A stretch of 64,000 bases of DNA from the human T2T-CHM13v2.0 reference genome, Homo sapiens: assembly GCF_009914755.1 (NCBI RefSeq), contig NC_060929.1; one strand, written 5' to 3'. The notes below the pieces were generated by a model that had not been told where the DNA came from, did no database searches, and saw nothing but the letters and a program-made list of their open reading frames with translations. Made by a program: the position numbers and the translations under genes. This document shows, piece by piece, positions 1 through 15,042 of the stretch. The stretch's first letter is position 1. Each line of letters begins with the position of its first letter.

Positions 1-2889
1 TTACCAACAGACCCAGTCACTGTCCTCAATTTTAGGGCAAAAAAAACCCTCTGGGGGTATTGTTTTAAGCTTTAAATTTTAAATATAGCTCAGAGGCCTT
101 GAGAAGCAAGGTACACGAAGTAACAGATCTGTGTTATTTTAACTCACTATGCTTTCCCCAAGTAGGCAAGTTTCCTCTTGGGCACAATGGTAATCAGATA
201 TTAAGCCAACTATTTCACAACACAGAACTATGTATAATTCTTATAACAGGAGCTCTTCACTCAAAAGAGAACAAATGCTTGTAATCTCCAGATACTCCCT
301 CCTCTGGCTATAAATGTTCTGTGTTCTCACAAGGGCACAAGGAAACACTAAACAGAATGTTCTATACCACAGGATGCTACACCTCTGTCATCAAGGCAAA
401 AATACTTGCTTCTTGAGACACCTTGAGCCCTTCTCTCTAGTCAGGGAGGTGGGCTGTAGGGAAAGAACAGACTGCCTGAGCTTGCTTCTGATGATGGCAT
501 CTTCCCAGTGCAGAGGAGCCAGAAACGCACAGCAGTTACCTGTTAGCCTGAGGTCGTGCCCCAGAATGACCCATGTAGGGAAGTACATAGACAAGTACCT
601 TCAGGTGGAGGAACCTGCCTCTTTGACTTCGGGACCTAAGTCACCTACAAAACCCAACTTTTCCAAGGGCTGGGACCACCAAAATCTCAAGTACATAAAT
701 GTGCCTGGAAAACAGTAAGACCCTATACATTTCCTCAGTTACTTCATTCCACAAATGATTGAAGTCAGTCTAATCTGTGCCATGCACTGTCCTGGGCATG
801 GTACACACAGCAGCCAACAGGCTGTAGGAAAAGCTGGAGCTGAAGACCCTGGTGGACAAGACAGGCTGGCAGGTGTGAATCACAGACAGAAGTCTGGCAG
901 GTGAGGGGACGCTGTTGCAGCTACACAACCATGTGGGGGTGGGGGACAGGGGGTCTATGGGAAGTACAGATGCCAGATCCTGGAGGCTGGGGAGAACCAG
1001 CAGTATCCTACCCTAAAGGAACCAGGTCATAGACTGAGATCTGGATTTAGATGAGGTCAAGGGAGTAAGGGGACATGATGCCGTCCACTCCAAGCTACTG
1101 TCCTGGAGTGCAAAAACTCCCTGGTGACTGGCCTGGCTTAGGATATAATATCCTAAATTCTAAGATTTTGGGAGATACAGGGAGAGAGATTTAGGCCTCT
1201 TCAGCCTCTGTAATACTTCTCAGGGGTAGTTCCATAGGATTAGTAGCCCTCATAAAAAAGGACTTTTATTTTTTTTTTTAACTTAGTTTTTTTGCAAGTC
1301 ATTTTCCGGAGTATTTCTTGGCTGCGGCTATGATCACATCTGTTTTTGAGTGAAGCCCAGGAGATCTACTTGGTTGACAGCCTCACTCCACTTCCACACA
1401 TGACTTGGTGGCAACAGCCATTTAGCAGACTCAAGCTTGGACCAAACATAGTAAGGCCAAGGAGTCCAGAGTAAATTGGTGCTCTCTTGGCTAGGATGAG
1501 AGGAGACAGGCACATGTAACTACCTTCTTGAGACCCTCCCCCCACCACCGACTGCTATGCAACAGGTGGGCTAGGTTTGTTCATTCAAGATCCTTCTACA
1601 TGGTAAAATTTACGCAAGTATGAAGGACCTGCCTCCAGGAAGACCTGCTACTACATCACTGGGAAACTTGAAAGCAGGGCTTCCCACATTATGCAGACCC
1701 TATGGTCTCCTCTCTACTAATATCACTGTTCCTCACCCTCCCAGTACTTCCCCTAAATTGTTCTGAAGTTATTGCTGCTTTAAGCTCATTCTAAGCCTTG
1801 AAATAATAAGATTCATAACCAGATCTCCTACTGTGTCAGCAGGTCTTTTCTCTTGCCATAGAGCGCTGCTCACTCTTTTCAAGCAGGAGGGCCTTAGAGG
1901 TGACCTTTCTGGGACTAGGAGAGGAACACAGGGTTTTACTCTAATTACTTCTTTGTGATTTGAACACATCTCAGTTCCCTCTTTTACTTCAGTCTCTTCA
2001 GAATAAGGAGAGAGCTGGATGGTTGTTTGTGTTTTGGTTGCAGCTCTAACCAACCTGAACATCTATCACTATACATTCAACCAACTATTGATTCTGAGCT
2101 TTATCTGGCATCATTATATATTCCTCAAGTTAAATTATCAAAGTGACATTCCTGCTTTATATGTAATTGCCACTTTGGGTTTTCAAACAGAGAATCATCA
2201 TCATTGATATGACAATGATGATAAAAGTTATATTTTGTGAACTGTAACTCTACTTTTATAGCTAAAATTGAGCTCATTTGATTCTTACTACACCTGTTGG
2301 ACTGGGGCCACACCTTTCTTTGCTCTCTGCCCTGTCAAAGGCCTAGCTCCCAATACACCACTTGGATCTAGGAAAGAGGCCTACCAACATTTCACTAAGC
2401 AGTCTGCTTTGTGGGGTGGAAGCCACTTACTTTCGTCTGGTGATAATTTCAATTTATTTTTTATTGTAATGCTGTCTTTTCTTTTCACAGTAATGGATAG
2501 CAGGGCAATGGAAGAACAGTCAACCTCAGGACAGATTACAAATGAATTTTTATCTTTAAGAGCTAGGTTGGAAACTTGTAGCTATCAGAAAAGCATAATA
2601 TGGTGATGAACAATGAGCCCATGCCAGTGTTTTGATAAACTTCAGAGAGCTAAGCCTGCTTGAGAAAAAGACAGGAGAAAATGTGTGAGGACATTAATTC
2701 TTTCACTTTGGAAAAATCCCATCAGTGAAGGCTGTGATCTCGTAAAGGGCTATATTCTCTGAGTACCGAAAGCATGGGAAAATTTAGCTTAAAGTGTGCG
2801 GATGGACACGTGTGGAAGAGTGGGGTGTGCACTTTTTCTTTTTTCAAAGGAAGCCCGACCTTTCAGTGGACATTGAATTTAGGTTAAGA

Positions 2890-3105
2890 ACACAGTATAA
2901 TGTAAGGGTAAGAGCACAAGTTCCAGAAAAGGTTTCAGATCCCTGTTCTGTCATCTATTATCTGTGTGGCCTTAGGCAAGGTACTGAACAGATCCAAATC
3001 TCAAATTTTCTCACCAGCAAAGGAGATAACATTATTTGGCTGTTAGGGGGATTAAACATATGTATAAAGTGCTTAGCACAATTCACAAATTAAGCACTTT
3101 ATACA
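2890..3105 (+). mobile_element. MIR SINE fragment
   Basis: Core similar to MIR: tgtgtggccttaggcaag…ggattaaacatatgtataaagtgcttagcaca. Confidence 0.65.
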
Positions 3106-3234
3106 GACTATCTTGTGCCATAAATCATCTGTTTACTATTTTAAACATTGTATATTATGGTACATATGTACAATGGACAACATTTTAAAAAGAATGAAGT
3201 AGATTCATTTGACATTTGTCAGTCATTGAAAATC

Positions 3235-3920
3235 TAGACAAAAAGACTTCCTGTAACTTCCATTCTACTTGGGCAAGATAGACAATAAAGAAAAAAGGTA
3301 AGCAAACGAATATATTAGAAGGTGATAAATGATACAGAGAAAAATAAATAGGAGAAGGTAGGTAGGAAGTTCAGGGGAAGGTTTCCTGAGAAGGTGACAT
3401 TTGTGCAAAGATTTAAAGAGGTGGTTGACGGAGTGGCCCCATGGATGTCTGGGGAAGAGGGTCCTGGCCTAGGAGATGGTCAGTGCCAAGCCCTGAGGCA
3501 GTGGTGAGAAGGGCACATTTGAGGAGCTCCAGGGAGACCTGTGTGCCTGGAGCTGAGCACACAAGGATCAGAGCAGCAAAAGATGGGGACAGACACGTAA
3601 CAGAGGACCAGAGCATGTTGCCTTGCAGGTCACTGAAAGGACTTTAACTTTTCCTCTTAATCTTAACAAGATGGAGTGTCTTGAACAGGGGACTACATAA
3701 TCTGATTTACATTTTACAGAATCAGCTGGACTACCATGTGCAAAAAAAAGAAGGTAAGGACCAGGAGATCAATTAGGAAGCTATTACAATACAAGACAAG
3801 GATGTCTTAAAGTTTGATTTTAGACATTAAGCTTGATATGCCTAGGGGCATCCAAGTGGAAATGCTAAGTAGTCATTACATATTTAAGTCTGGAGTTCAA
3901 GGAAGCAGGCAGGTTAGCTG
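3235..3920 (-). mobile_element. L2 LINE 3' fragment
   Basis: Antisense L2 hallmarks: cctgagaaggtgacatttg, gcacatttgaggagc, ataatctgatttacatttt, gagttcaagg. Confidence 0.7.
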
Positions 3921-4125
3921 GTGACAGACAGGCAAATACACACATATCTAGATAGGTCTACATGTACTTACGTGAAAATATATGTATGATATATAAAAGG
4001 CAGGGTGCAAAACATTATGTAGAATATAAACCCAATTATGGATGAGTAAAGTTAAAAAATTATTATATGCATATAGAAATAATTGAAGGTAAATGCAAAA
4101 TAAATAAATAACCAAACTGGGATGA

Positions 4126-5283
4126 TGGATTAAAGACTTAAATGCGAAACCTAAAACTATAAAACCTCTTCAAGAAAACCTAGGAAATGCCATTCTAGAC
4201 ATAGACCTTGGCAAAGATTTTATGACAAAGATGCCAAAAGCAATTGCAACAAAAACAAAAATTGACAAATGGGACCTCATTAAACTAAAGAGCTTCTGCA
4301 TAGCAAAAGAGAGTAAATAGACATCAACAGAGTAAATACACAACCCACAGAATGGGAGAAAATATTTGCAAATTATGCATCTGACAAAGGTCTGATAGCC
4401 AGAATCTATAAGGAACTTAAATTAACAAGTAAAAAACAAACAACTCCCTTAAAAAGTGGGCAAGGGACATGAACATTTTTCAAAAGAAAACATATACATG
4501 GCCAACAAGCATATGAAAAAATGCTCAACATCACTAATCATTAGAGAAACATATCAAAACGACAATGAAATAGCATCTCACATGATTCAGAATGGCTATT
4601 ATTAAAAAGTCAAAAAATAACAGATGCTGGCAAGGCTGCAGAGAAAAGGGAACACTTATATACTGCTGATGGGACTGTAAATTAGTTCAGCCACTGTGGA
4701 AAGCTATTTGGCAATTTCTCAAAGGATTTAAAAGAGAACTACCATTTGACCCAACAATCCCATTATTGGGTATTTACCCAAAGGAATATAAATTGTTCTA
4801 CCATAAAGACACCTGCATACGTCTGTTCATCACAGCACTATTCACAATAGCAAAGACATGCAATCAACCTAAAAGCCCATCAGTGGTAAACTGCATAAAT
4901 AAAATGTGGTACACATGTACCATAGAATACTACATAGCCATAAAAAAGAGTGAGATCATATCCTTTGCAGCAACATGGATGGAGCTGGAGGCCATTATCC
5001 TAAGCAAACTCATGCAAGAACAGAAAACCAAACACTGCATCATCCTACTTATAAATGGGAGCTAAACACTGAGTATACATGGACACAAAGAAGGGAACAC
5101 TAGATACCAGGGCCTACCTGAGGGTTGAGTGTGGGAGGAGGGTGAGGATCAAAAAATTACCGATTGGGTATGCTTATTATCTGGGAAATGAAATAATCTG
5201 TACACCAAACCCTCATGACATGCAATTTATCTATAGAACCAACCTGCACTTATACCCCTAAAACTAAAAGTTAAAATAAAAAG
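4126..5283 (+). mobile_element. 5'-truncated L1 (older L1PA13-16-like): ORF2 C-terminus and 3' UTR
   Basis: Starts tggattaaagacttaaatg…; ORF 4766-5065 (GIYPKEYK…FITALFTIAK…KMWY…SFAATWMELEAIILSK) is the L1 ORF2p C-terminus; ends in an L1PA-type 3' UTR and A-rich tail. Frame is disrupted. Confidence 0.92.
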
Positions 5284-7196
5284 AATGTATGTTAATTTTG
5301 TACATAAAAGAAAAACAGTAAGTGCAGGATAAGAGTGCTGTCTGGGCAAACTATCAAAGCCATTAATTTCTAGCACAAACCTCTATCCCGTTCACTGAAC
5401 TCTGGTTCCGACCGCAGCTACCCTTTGCCTCAGCTTATCCTTCTTTCTCTGTTCACCTTTAGCTTTCCCCAATCACTTGCTATCAAATAGACTTCAGAGG
5501 ACCAGGAAAACCTGTGGTGCACTTTCCCAGAGTTGAACTCACAGAAGAGGAAGAATCTGAGATCAAAGTCAAAGTCAGCAGTTACCTCAGAGTCCTGACA
5601 AATGAATTTTTCTTCTTTGATGCAGTTGCCAATTTAATTCTCAAGCATTTTTTTAAGGTCATGACATTTAGAATAACAAGGCCCTAAAAAATATTCCTTT
5701 ATGTGCTTAATTTCTGACCCAAATGTAGTACTGAATGACAAGTGAATGAAGCTGAATATGTATCGAAAGGTTAGTATAAACTGCTTTTAAATTCCAAGTT
5801 TGCAAGCCCAAGGCTTTCACTCTCTTACACAACGGGCATTAAACAAAAATGTTCTTTCCTGGATGCAAAGATAAATCTCTATTTTTCTAGGAGCCTCTGC
5901 AGCAGGATTCTTTCAGGAATTTTCCATTGAGACATTACAGCTAGGAGGAACTCCTTACCCCATTCCCTTTTTCACCGCCTCCTGTTCCCTTTTATCCACG
6001 TTTCCAGCTCCACTTGTGATAAGTAATGGAATTGGACAACCGTCTGTCAACCCAAGACAGTTTCCCCCAGAATCTAGCCCTCGGGTTGAAAACACCGTTT
6101 GAGAAAAGAAAATCACTGTAGACTATTTTTCTACTGTTCTAAATAGCTCAGCTGGAGGGAAGTTGTTATTTCCTCTTTAGCATGCCCTGTTGGAAAAACT
6201 TGCAGTTCTCTTTCCTCCCCTCCTGCACCAAACCTGCCCCCATCCTGCTCCTACCTCCCAGCTCATGTCAGGCCAGGAAGTGGGTAACAGTTCCACAGCC
6301 TTCTCCATAATTTCTTAGGCTGGAGCCACATCCCTTCTGATCTAATCTGTGCCAACAGAAGAAAAGAAGGAGCTGTCCTTGGAGAATGTTCTGTTTCCTC
6401 TTCTAGAGATAGAGTGGAGGGGGCGGGTGGGAGGGCGTCTGTAGGATGCCATTCTAAACCTTGCTGGTTTGGGAGTGTGGTGACATTCTCTGCCTGATGG
6501 TTAATACTGTAAGATGTGGGCAAGTGACTTCAGACCCAGGAGAAATTAAATTTAACTCCCATCATACAGACCTGCCACCATCTTCAGGCTAAAGATGCTG
6601 CTGACTGTGACTGAGGATGTACCCACACGTGATAGGAACAAACTCACTAGACCCAGGGTCAGGTGAGCTGTCAGCTGATGGCACGCAAGGATCTTTTCTC
6701 AGTGAGCCTCCAGGGTTCTCTTCTGGTGAATGTGGACTGAATAAAGACCAGTGGTGGTCAAACTCTTCCCACAGGTGTAATCTAAGTGGTAACGTGTAAG
6801 AATGGAGTCACTCTGGAGGAGATCTGAGGCCCCACCCATTTGGCCTTCCCCTGGTCCGTATGGGGAAAGCTGTGGCACCTTGGAGGAACAGAGAAGACTC
6901 CTCAACATGGTGTGGATAAGTGAGACTCTTCTTGATCCAAAATCCTACAACCCTGCCAAGTCCTCACCTCGGGGAAGGGGAAGCTCCAAATCCCTTCTCA
7001 GATGAGGTGCAGGGAATGGGGCTGCTATGCTCAGGCCAGAAGGGAGTGGTTTATGTCCCTGAAACAGGGGAAGTAGGGCAGAGCAGGCAGATGCTCAGGT
7101 TCAGAAGGGGTGGAGTATGGGCTAGCTGAAAAATCTACCTTAAAGCCTCCACTTTTGAGAGACCTCTATTTCCTCTTGAGATTTTCAAGCATTATA

Positions 7197-7231
<35 letters not shown>
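7197..7231 (+). repeat. (AAT)n microsatellite, about 11 units
   Basis: Uninterrupted aataataat… run. Confidence 0.95.
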
Positions 7232-7232
<1 letters not shown>

Positions 7233-7623
7233 GACAGCACCTCAGACTTTCCTCATGGTTTTCACCGAGTACTGAAGAAAAAGCATCAGCAATGCCCTGG
7301 AGCTGAAGAATTCAGGTCAGAGCTAAAAAGTGACTTTGCTGACGGGGCTGACTGTTGGGTCCTAAAAAATACCAAGAGAAACTGGGAGAGACCTTTCCTG
7401 AAAAAAACAAAAAAATGCACAGAACCCCAGCCCAACGCAGAGATTTCAATTTCATCTCCCTCTTTTTAACTGTGTTTTCCTTTATTTGTTTTTTGTTTTT
7501 GTGGATAACCATTGCTTCATACTCTTGAGGCTGGACTGGCTTTATGGAGATGAGAGAGATAAGGCAATGAAGTCACCTGCCCTTGTCAGGAGGTAATTTA
7601 GAGATGTAGTAAGAAATATTCAG

Positions 7624-7930
<307 letters not shown>

Positions 7931-7966
7931 AAGAAATATTCGGAAATTTTAAAATATGGTCCCACC

Positions 7967-8002
7967 TTCCACCATCTCTTCAGGTTCCACCATCTCTTCA
8001 GG
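7967..8002 (+). repeat. Perfect 18-bp tandem duplication (ttccaccatctcttcagg x2)
   Basis: Units at 7967-7984 and 7985-8002. Confidence 0.9.
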
Positions 8003-9032
8003 GGACATGCCAAAGGAGAGATGCCAGATAAACAAAGAGAACAACAACAACAAAAAAATCTTGGCTTTGACTTCTGAAAAAAAAAAAAAACAGATGAAAC
8101 TTAAAGGTGAGACAAGAGAGTTCTGATTTGCCAGAGCTGAAGATGTTATAACTCAAAAGACCAAAGGCTGGAAGAGGCAGAGAAGCAGAGCACACTAGGA
8201 GATTGGAAGAGAGTGAGTTAGACCTGCCTCATACATCCTCCACACTGACATCCAGTGTTGACCAAAGTGGGGCTATAAGAAGTAAACCTCTGAAAAGGAG
8301 AAGACCATGCAGGTGAGTGTTGGATTCTCCTCTCCATAATTCTCCCCATCTCTCACCCAGTTCTGGACCCTAGGTTGGGAAGAGGTGATTCTGAAACCTG
8401 AGACAGGTGGGGAGCCCTGGCAGTAAAGAGGACCTGTGTTTGGCTACCAGCTTGAAAGCCAATTTGAGGCAAGCCTCATAAAACTGTACTCTGCATTGAA
8501 TAGAAACGGTTGCCAGGCACCTCTAAAAGAACCTAATGCATATCTTGGTCTAACAGAACAGATCCATGAAGAGAAGGCTTGGGATAGCAACCTCACTACA
8601 GTCTTTTTTGATGCCAGAAAACCACGGAAGGGCCTCCTCAAGTTTTCTGTGCCCCTGAACAGGGCCAAGAAGAAGCTGAGAGGGCTAGTAAACCCAGAGA
8701 AATCTAACAGAGAAGAAAGAGGATTCACCGTGACCTTAGTGGACAAGGTGAGTACAGGTCTCTCGGTAGATGCAGTGAGAATGAACACCACTGGCCTAAC
8801 TGAAGATGTTAAGAACTCCATCCAAGGGGATGGATCCCAAAGAAAAAGAAAACACCAGGAAAAGCCTTCCACCAATACTGTAGCTCATAAGCCCTCAGCC
8901 CACTTCTACTTCCTGGAATTCAGGTACAGCCCTGCATTAACAGAATTGACCTGGGAGTGACTTTATGTTTCACCTCAGAAATGAGGTTCAGAATAGAGGT
9001 AAGGTTGAAAATAAAATATCACCACAACAGTT

Positions 9033-9069
9033 TGTGTGTGTGTATGTGTGCGTGTGTGTGCGTGTGTGT
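9033..9069 (+). repeat. Interrupted (TG)n microsatellite
   Basis: tgtgtgtgtgtatgtgtgcgtgtgtgtgcgtgtgtgt. Confidence 0.9.
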
Positions 9070-9616
9070 ATTGCCACAGTTTTTACAGACCTGCATTTAT
9101 AAGACTGTAAACTCTCATTTCTGCAATAGGCACAGAAATAAGACAGCTCCTCCTACGGTCCAGAGCCACAATGTGTCTCAGAGGCCAGGACTGCCTGTGG
9201 ACACCATGCCCACTGCCTGCAGCTTCTGGAAGGGGCTGCTGACAGGTAAGGGGAGGTGGACTGCATGCTCAGCTCTTCTTCCTCCCTCTGTCCACGGCTA
9301 AGTTGCCAACTCAAAGTTTCCTTTTATTTCACCTCTGACCTCTCCCTTGTACCCATGCCCTCCTCTTCATTTGAACTGCCACCACCTCAGGTCAGCCCTG
9401 TTGCCTGTCATAAATTATTGTGAGAGCTGCATGGAAAGAGGTGTCAAATCAAAGGAAAAGGTCAGCCTTCTCTTGCTCAATTTTGTCCAGGTAAAGCATT
9501 ATTACTTAAATGTTTCATTTCAAAGAATGACTCTGGGGATTTATCAATGCCCTCACTCCCCCAAATGTGTTCTTATCCTGTAGGAAAACACTGATCAAAT
9601 CCATATTAGATAGTTT

Positions 9617-11420
<1,804 letters not shown>

Positions 11421-11634
11421 TTTACAACGTCCTTCCACATCCTGACTTAAACCTCCTAAAGAGCCTTTAAACACAATATTCCTGAAGTCACCATGATCAC
11501 ATTTAGATTTGAAATCTTCATCATTTATTTGCCCTGGAAAAGACAACATAGCTTATAAAGAGCCAGATAGATAAACGCTCATACCCCATTCATTCCACTC
11601 CATTACAAATCACTCCTAGATTTTAAAACATAAG

Positions 11635-11637
<3 letters not shown>

Positions 11638-11690
<53 letters not shown>
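11638..11690 (+). repeat. Compound (CA)n(GA)n microsatellite
   Basis: About 17 CA units directly followed by about 9 GA units. Confidence 0.95.
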
Positions 11691-12394
11691 AATGCAACAA
11701 TTTCCAAGAAAAGCCAACTACAGCTGAGAAAGCTGAATTCCACAGAAGGCAAATTCAAACGTCTATCTTGGGTCTCACCAAGGAAGGCTCAAAAAGAGGC
11801 TGAGACCAGTGGGACAACATTACTTTCTCCATCATGAAAACATCCAAATGAGCCCAAGCTTTCCTGGCCCTCTCAGCCACAGAAGAGAAACAGTTACCCT
11901 TAGGGAGGTATTCTCTTTCATCTGTCCCCTGGCTCTGTGCTGCCTTACAAGCAGAATATATTAATAAAGAAATACTTTAGGGGAGAACTCTCTCCACTGT
12001 TGTGACATCTCTGCAGTCTCTGTTTTGATATTTGGCCTTGAGAAGTTCAAAGGATTCAAAAGATTAGAGTTCAAGAAAGACTAAGATGTACCCCAGGGCA
12101 GGTCCGGTCTTAGATGCTGAAAAACAGCTCCTCCCACACCATAGCGAATATGACCTCTAAAAGAACCTAGTGGATATCCTGGTCTAACAGGATTATTTTC
12201 AAAGGCTCTTGTTCATCTTTTTAATGGTAGTTGAAGGCAATTCGGTTTAGGGTCCCTAAATCTGGAGTACTTACCTGTCATGTCTGCTCATTTCTCCAGT
12301 TTGTTCCTAGTGCCTGGGACAGAGCTCGGCCACATCAACCCTCTGTGACCCCCCATTCCTGCCCACGAATTCTCTGAAGGAAACCCTCACTCAC

Positions 12395-12509
12395 CACTCC
12401 TTTCTGCCTTGTGCTTTGGTGGCTCAGGCTCTGGGAGACAGGGACAGGGCCCATCACAGAGGGTGGCGAGGCTTTTGCCAGTAGAACAAGCATGGAACTC
12501 CAATTTGCA
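12395..12509 (-). CDS. SPOCK1: SPOCK1 internal coding exon, 115 bp, probably exon 6; C-terminal half of the Kazal domain and linker
   Basis: Minus strand reads gtctctcttttgcag|TGC AAA TTG GAG… and ends …GAA AGG AGT G|gtgagt. Translation CKLEFHACSTGKSLATLCDGPCPCLPEPEPPKHKAERS. It starts in phase 0, matching the phase-0 end of the 57116-57242 exon. The ORF track misses this frame. Confidence 0.96.
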
Positions 12510-14689
12510 CTGCAAAAGAGAGACACAACAGGTCTTAAGAATGCAGCCATAACAGACCCCTACCCCGCCTCCTAAGAAACAGCAGTGCCCTTTGCTTCAC
12601 AAAAGCAAAGACAAAGCAGGGAGAGGTCGACCTCAGGTAGAGGTCTCAATTACAGAATACTAAATAAGAAATGGCCTTTTATATTTTACCAAATGCAGAG
12701 GATAACTTCTAAAAACACTGTGGAAGCCCTAGAAGACTTCCTTTAATGATGGTAAACCCTACTGTCACTATTTCTAAAATAAAATTATTAATATGAAACT
12801 TAACATCTGTAGAGTCCTATCTGGTCCAGGAACCCCCTCCATTCACTTTGAGGCATCTTCTCCACACTCCTCCCGTGTGGAGGTAACACCGCTGGAATAC
12901 CACTCCTGGTCCCTCTCAGCCTGCTCACATGCTCTTCCTGGGAGGGAAGAGTAACAATCCCTTTAGTAAGTCTGTATGGTAATCTGAGGCTCAGCCCCTT
13001 CCCCTTGGGAGCAATGAAGAATGAATGCTCTTGCTTCCGTTGTCCAAAACCTAAGTTTACACGGGTCTTCCCCCATCAGAGGATGCCTGTGGTCTAACTA
13101 GCTTGTGACTCCGTGGAAATGTTTACCTAATTCTAGGATTAAATATTAGAAGCCCATAATCCACATCCTCTTGTCAACCCTTTATCAGTAGCAATGGTAA
13201 TATTTTAGTCATTTTTCTGTCAGCTCTTTACTCTAAAGTCTCAATGAATTCTCAGAACACAGGCAGGAGAGAGGAATGTTATTAATAGGTGCAAAAGACC
13301 ACAACAATTATCAGCATTTGTATTATTCTTGCATTATGGAAGAGGAAATTAAGACTCAGGTTAAGTAACTTGCAAAAGATCACAAAGCTCAGGGCCAAGC
13401 ACTTAATGCATTCCACAACACTGTGTATATGGGGCTTCGGAATACAGACATCCCATACTGAACTGTGTGTGGCTAATTATGCAACTTTGCTATTGGCCTG
13501 GATCTGTGTTGTCTGAGACTTTACTCCTTTTTTGTCTGTAAATTTCTCAAGATCAAGACCGGTGTGTAATCAGTCCTCTGCAAAGACCCACGGGCCCAGG
13601 ACCACATGCATATCTGGTGGAGGTTCAAAGGAAGAAGAGATAGGTGAAATTTAACAAGCACCCACTGTGCATGCAGCTCTTATCAGGTGCCATGGGGAAT
13701 CTTTTAAATGAAAGAAAAGAGGAGATACAGTCCTTGCCCTTGGAAAACACAAATGCATACCTTTGAAAAAAGTCCACTAGCATTTGCAAAGCCACACACG
13801 AGTGCAGATAAATACTGGCTCATTGTAAGAGGACAAGCTATTCAGTCCCTATACCGATTAGAAACGGAGGGAAAGAATACTTTAAACCTGGTTCTAATGT
13901 ACTGAAGTCACTCCTGTGTCACTCCAATGATCACCCATACAGTCACCGGCTGCCCATTCAGGGAGAGGGCAACAGAGCAAACCTACAGAATGCTGGCTCC
14001 CTCTTGATACAAAACTTCCTCTTGTGCATATTTGTTCAGTGCCTAGTACGTGCCCAGCATGGCAGCAGGCATTGTGGGGGCTACACAAAAATAAGCCATT
14101 GCCCACGTCTCACACATCAACTGAGCTGATGAAGCAAAAAAGAGTGTGTCCTTGTAAAGCCATGTGGATGTGACTATGAGGTGAGGCAGGACACATGTCT
14201 CCATAGGGATGGGGCACGAAAGAGGACCTCAGGTATGGGATGTGCTACAGAGAGCACGTGGACTGAAGGTGAGCCGAGTGGAACGCCGGGAAGGCAGCAG
14301 GCAGGTCACTAGCATGAGGAGCTTCCTTTCATTCAGCACAGCGTGTGTGCACGTGCCCAGAGCCGGACACAGCTGCCATGACCGGGCTGCCTCCTCCGCC
14401 TCTTCTGGGCTAGTTCTCTGGAACAATCCTCTGTTTCAGACTAGTGGTTCTCTGGCTTATTAAAAGAATCCTTAAAGCTAATTTAGGGGAACAAATATAT
14501 TTTTATGTGTCCATTTGTTTCATAAAGTCAAAATTATTACCTTTGTTTATCATAAAGCCTTATCATGCTATTGCTGTTACTGCCCGATTGTATCTGTGAT
14601 AGACTGTGAGACTCCCCCTCTCCAACCCATTCTCTTCTCTCTCTGAGAGAGGAATCCACACTTCTGCTCCAGGCCCCATGTCTTGCAGC

Positions 14690-15042
14690 AGCACCTCCCT
14701 GTAGGAGGGTCAACTTTCCCACCAGGTCTAGCCACATGCTCACTCCAACCAGTGGTGGTTAGTAGGAGGGATGCAAGCCAGGTTTGAGCAGACATGTCAA
14801 GAATCACTGGTTTCATCACCTCTGTTGCTCTTCTCTACCATGAAAATGATGTGCCAGATAAGGGCTGTTCCCTTCTGCCCAGGACCCAGAAGGCAGAGAA
14901 CATGGAACAGAGCTGAAGTGTTCTGAACAGAGCCACAGCTAACGCACAATGTGAACACGGAAATAGGGTTTATCATAATAAGCCAATGATGTTTGGGGAT
15001 TATTTGTTATTACAGCATAACTTAGCAAAAGCTGACCAACAG
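14690..15042 (+). mobile_element. Old MaLR LTR (MLT1I/J-like)
   Basis: 3' end taagccaatgatgtttggggattatttgttattacagcataacttagcaaaagctgac is typical of MLT1I/J. Confidence 0.7.

Noticed and set aside
4766-5261. ORFs of 99 and 60 aa
   Set aside because: Remnants of L1 ORF2p C-terminus and 3' UTR in a truncated, disrupted element.
7110-7469. 119-aa ORF with poly-Asn
   Set aside because: The Asn run is just the (AAT)n microsatellite; no other coding signal.
8436-8960. 174-aa ORF as a standalone gene
   Set aside because: Non-ATG start, no recognisable domain; kept only as context in a low-interest finding.
12335-12550. 71-aa minus-strand ORF over the exon
   Set aside because: Wrong frame; the true exon frame is CKLEFHAC….
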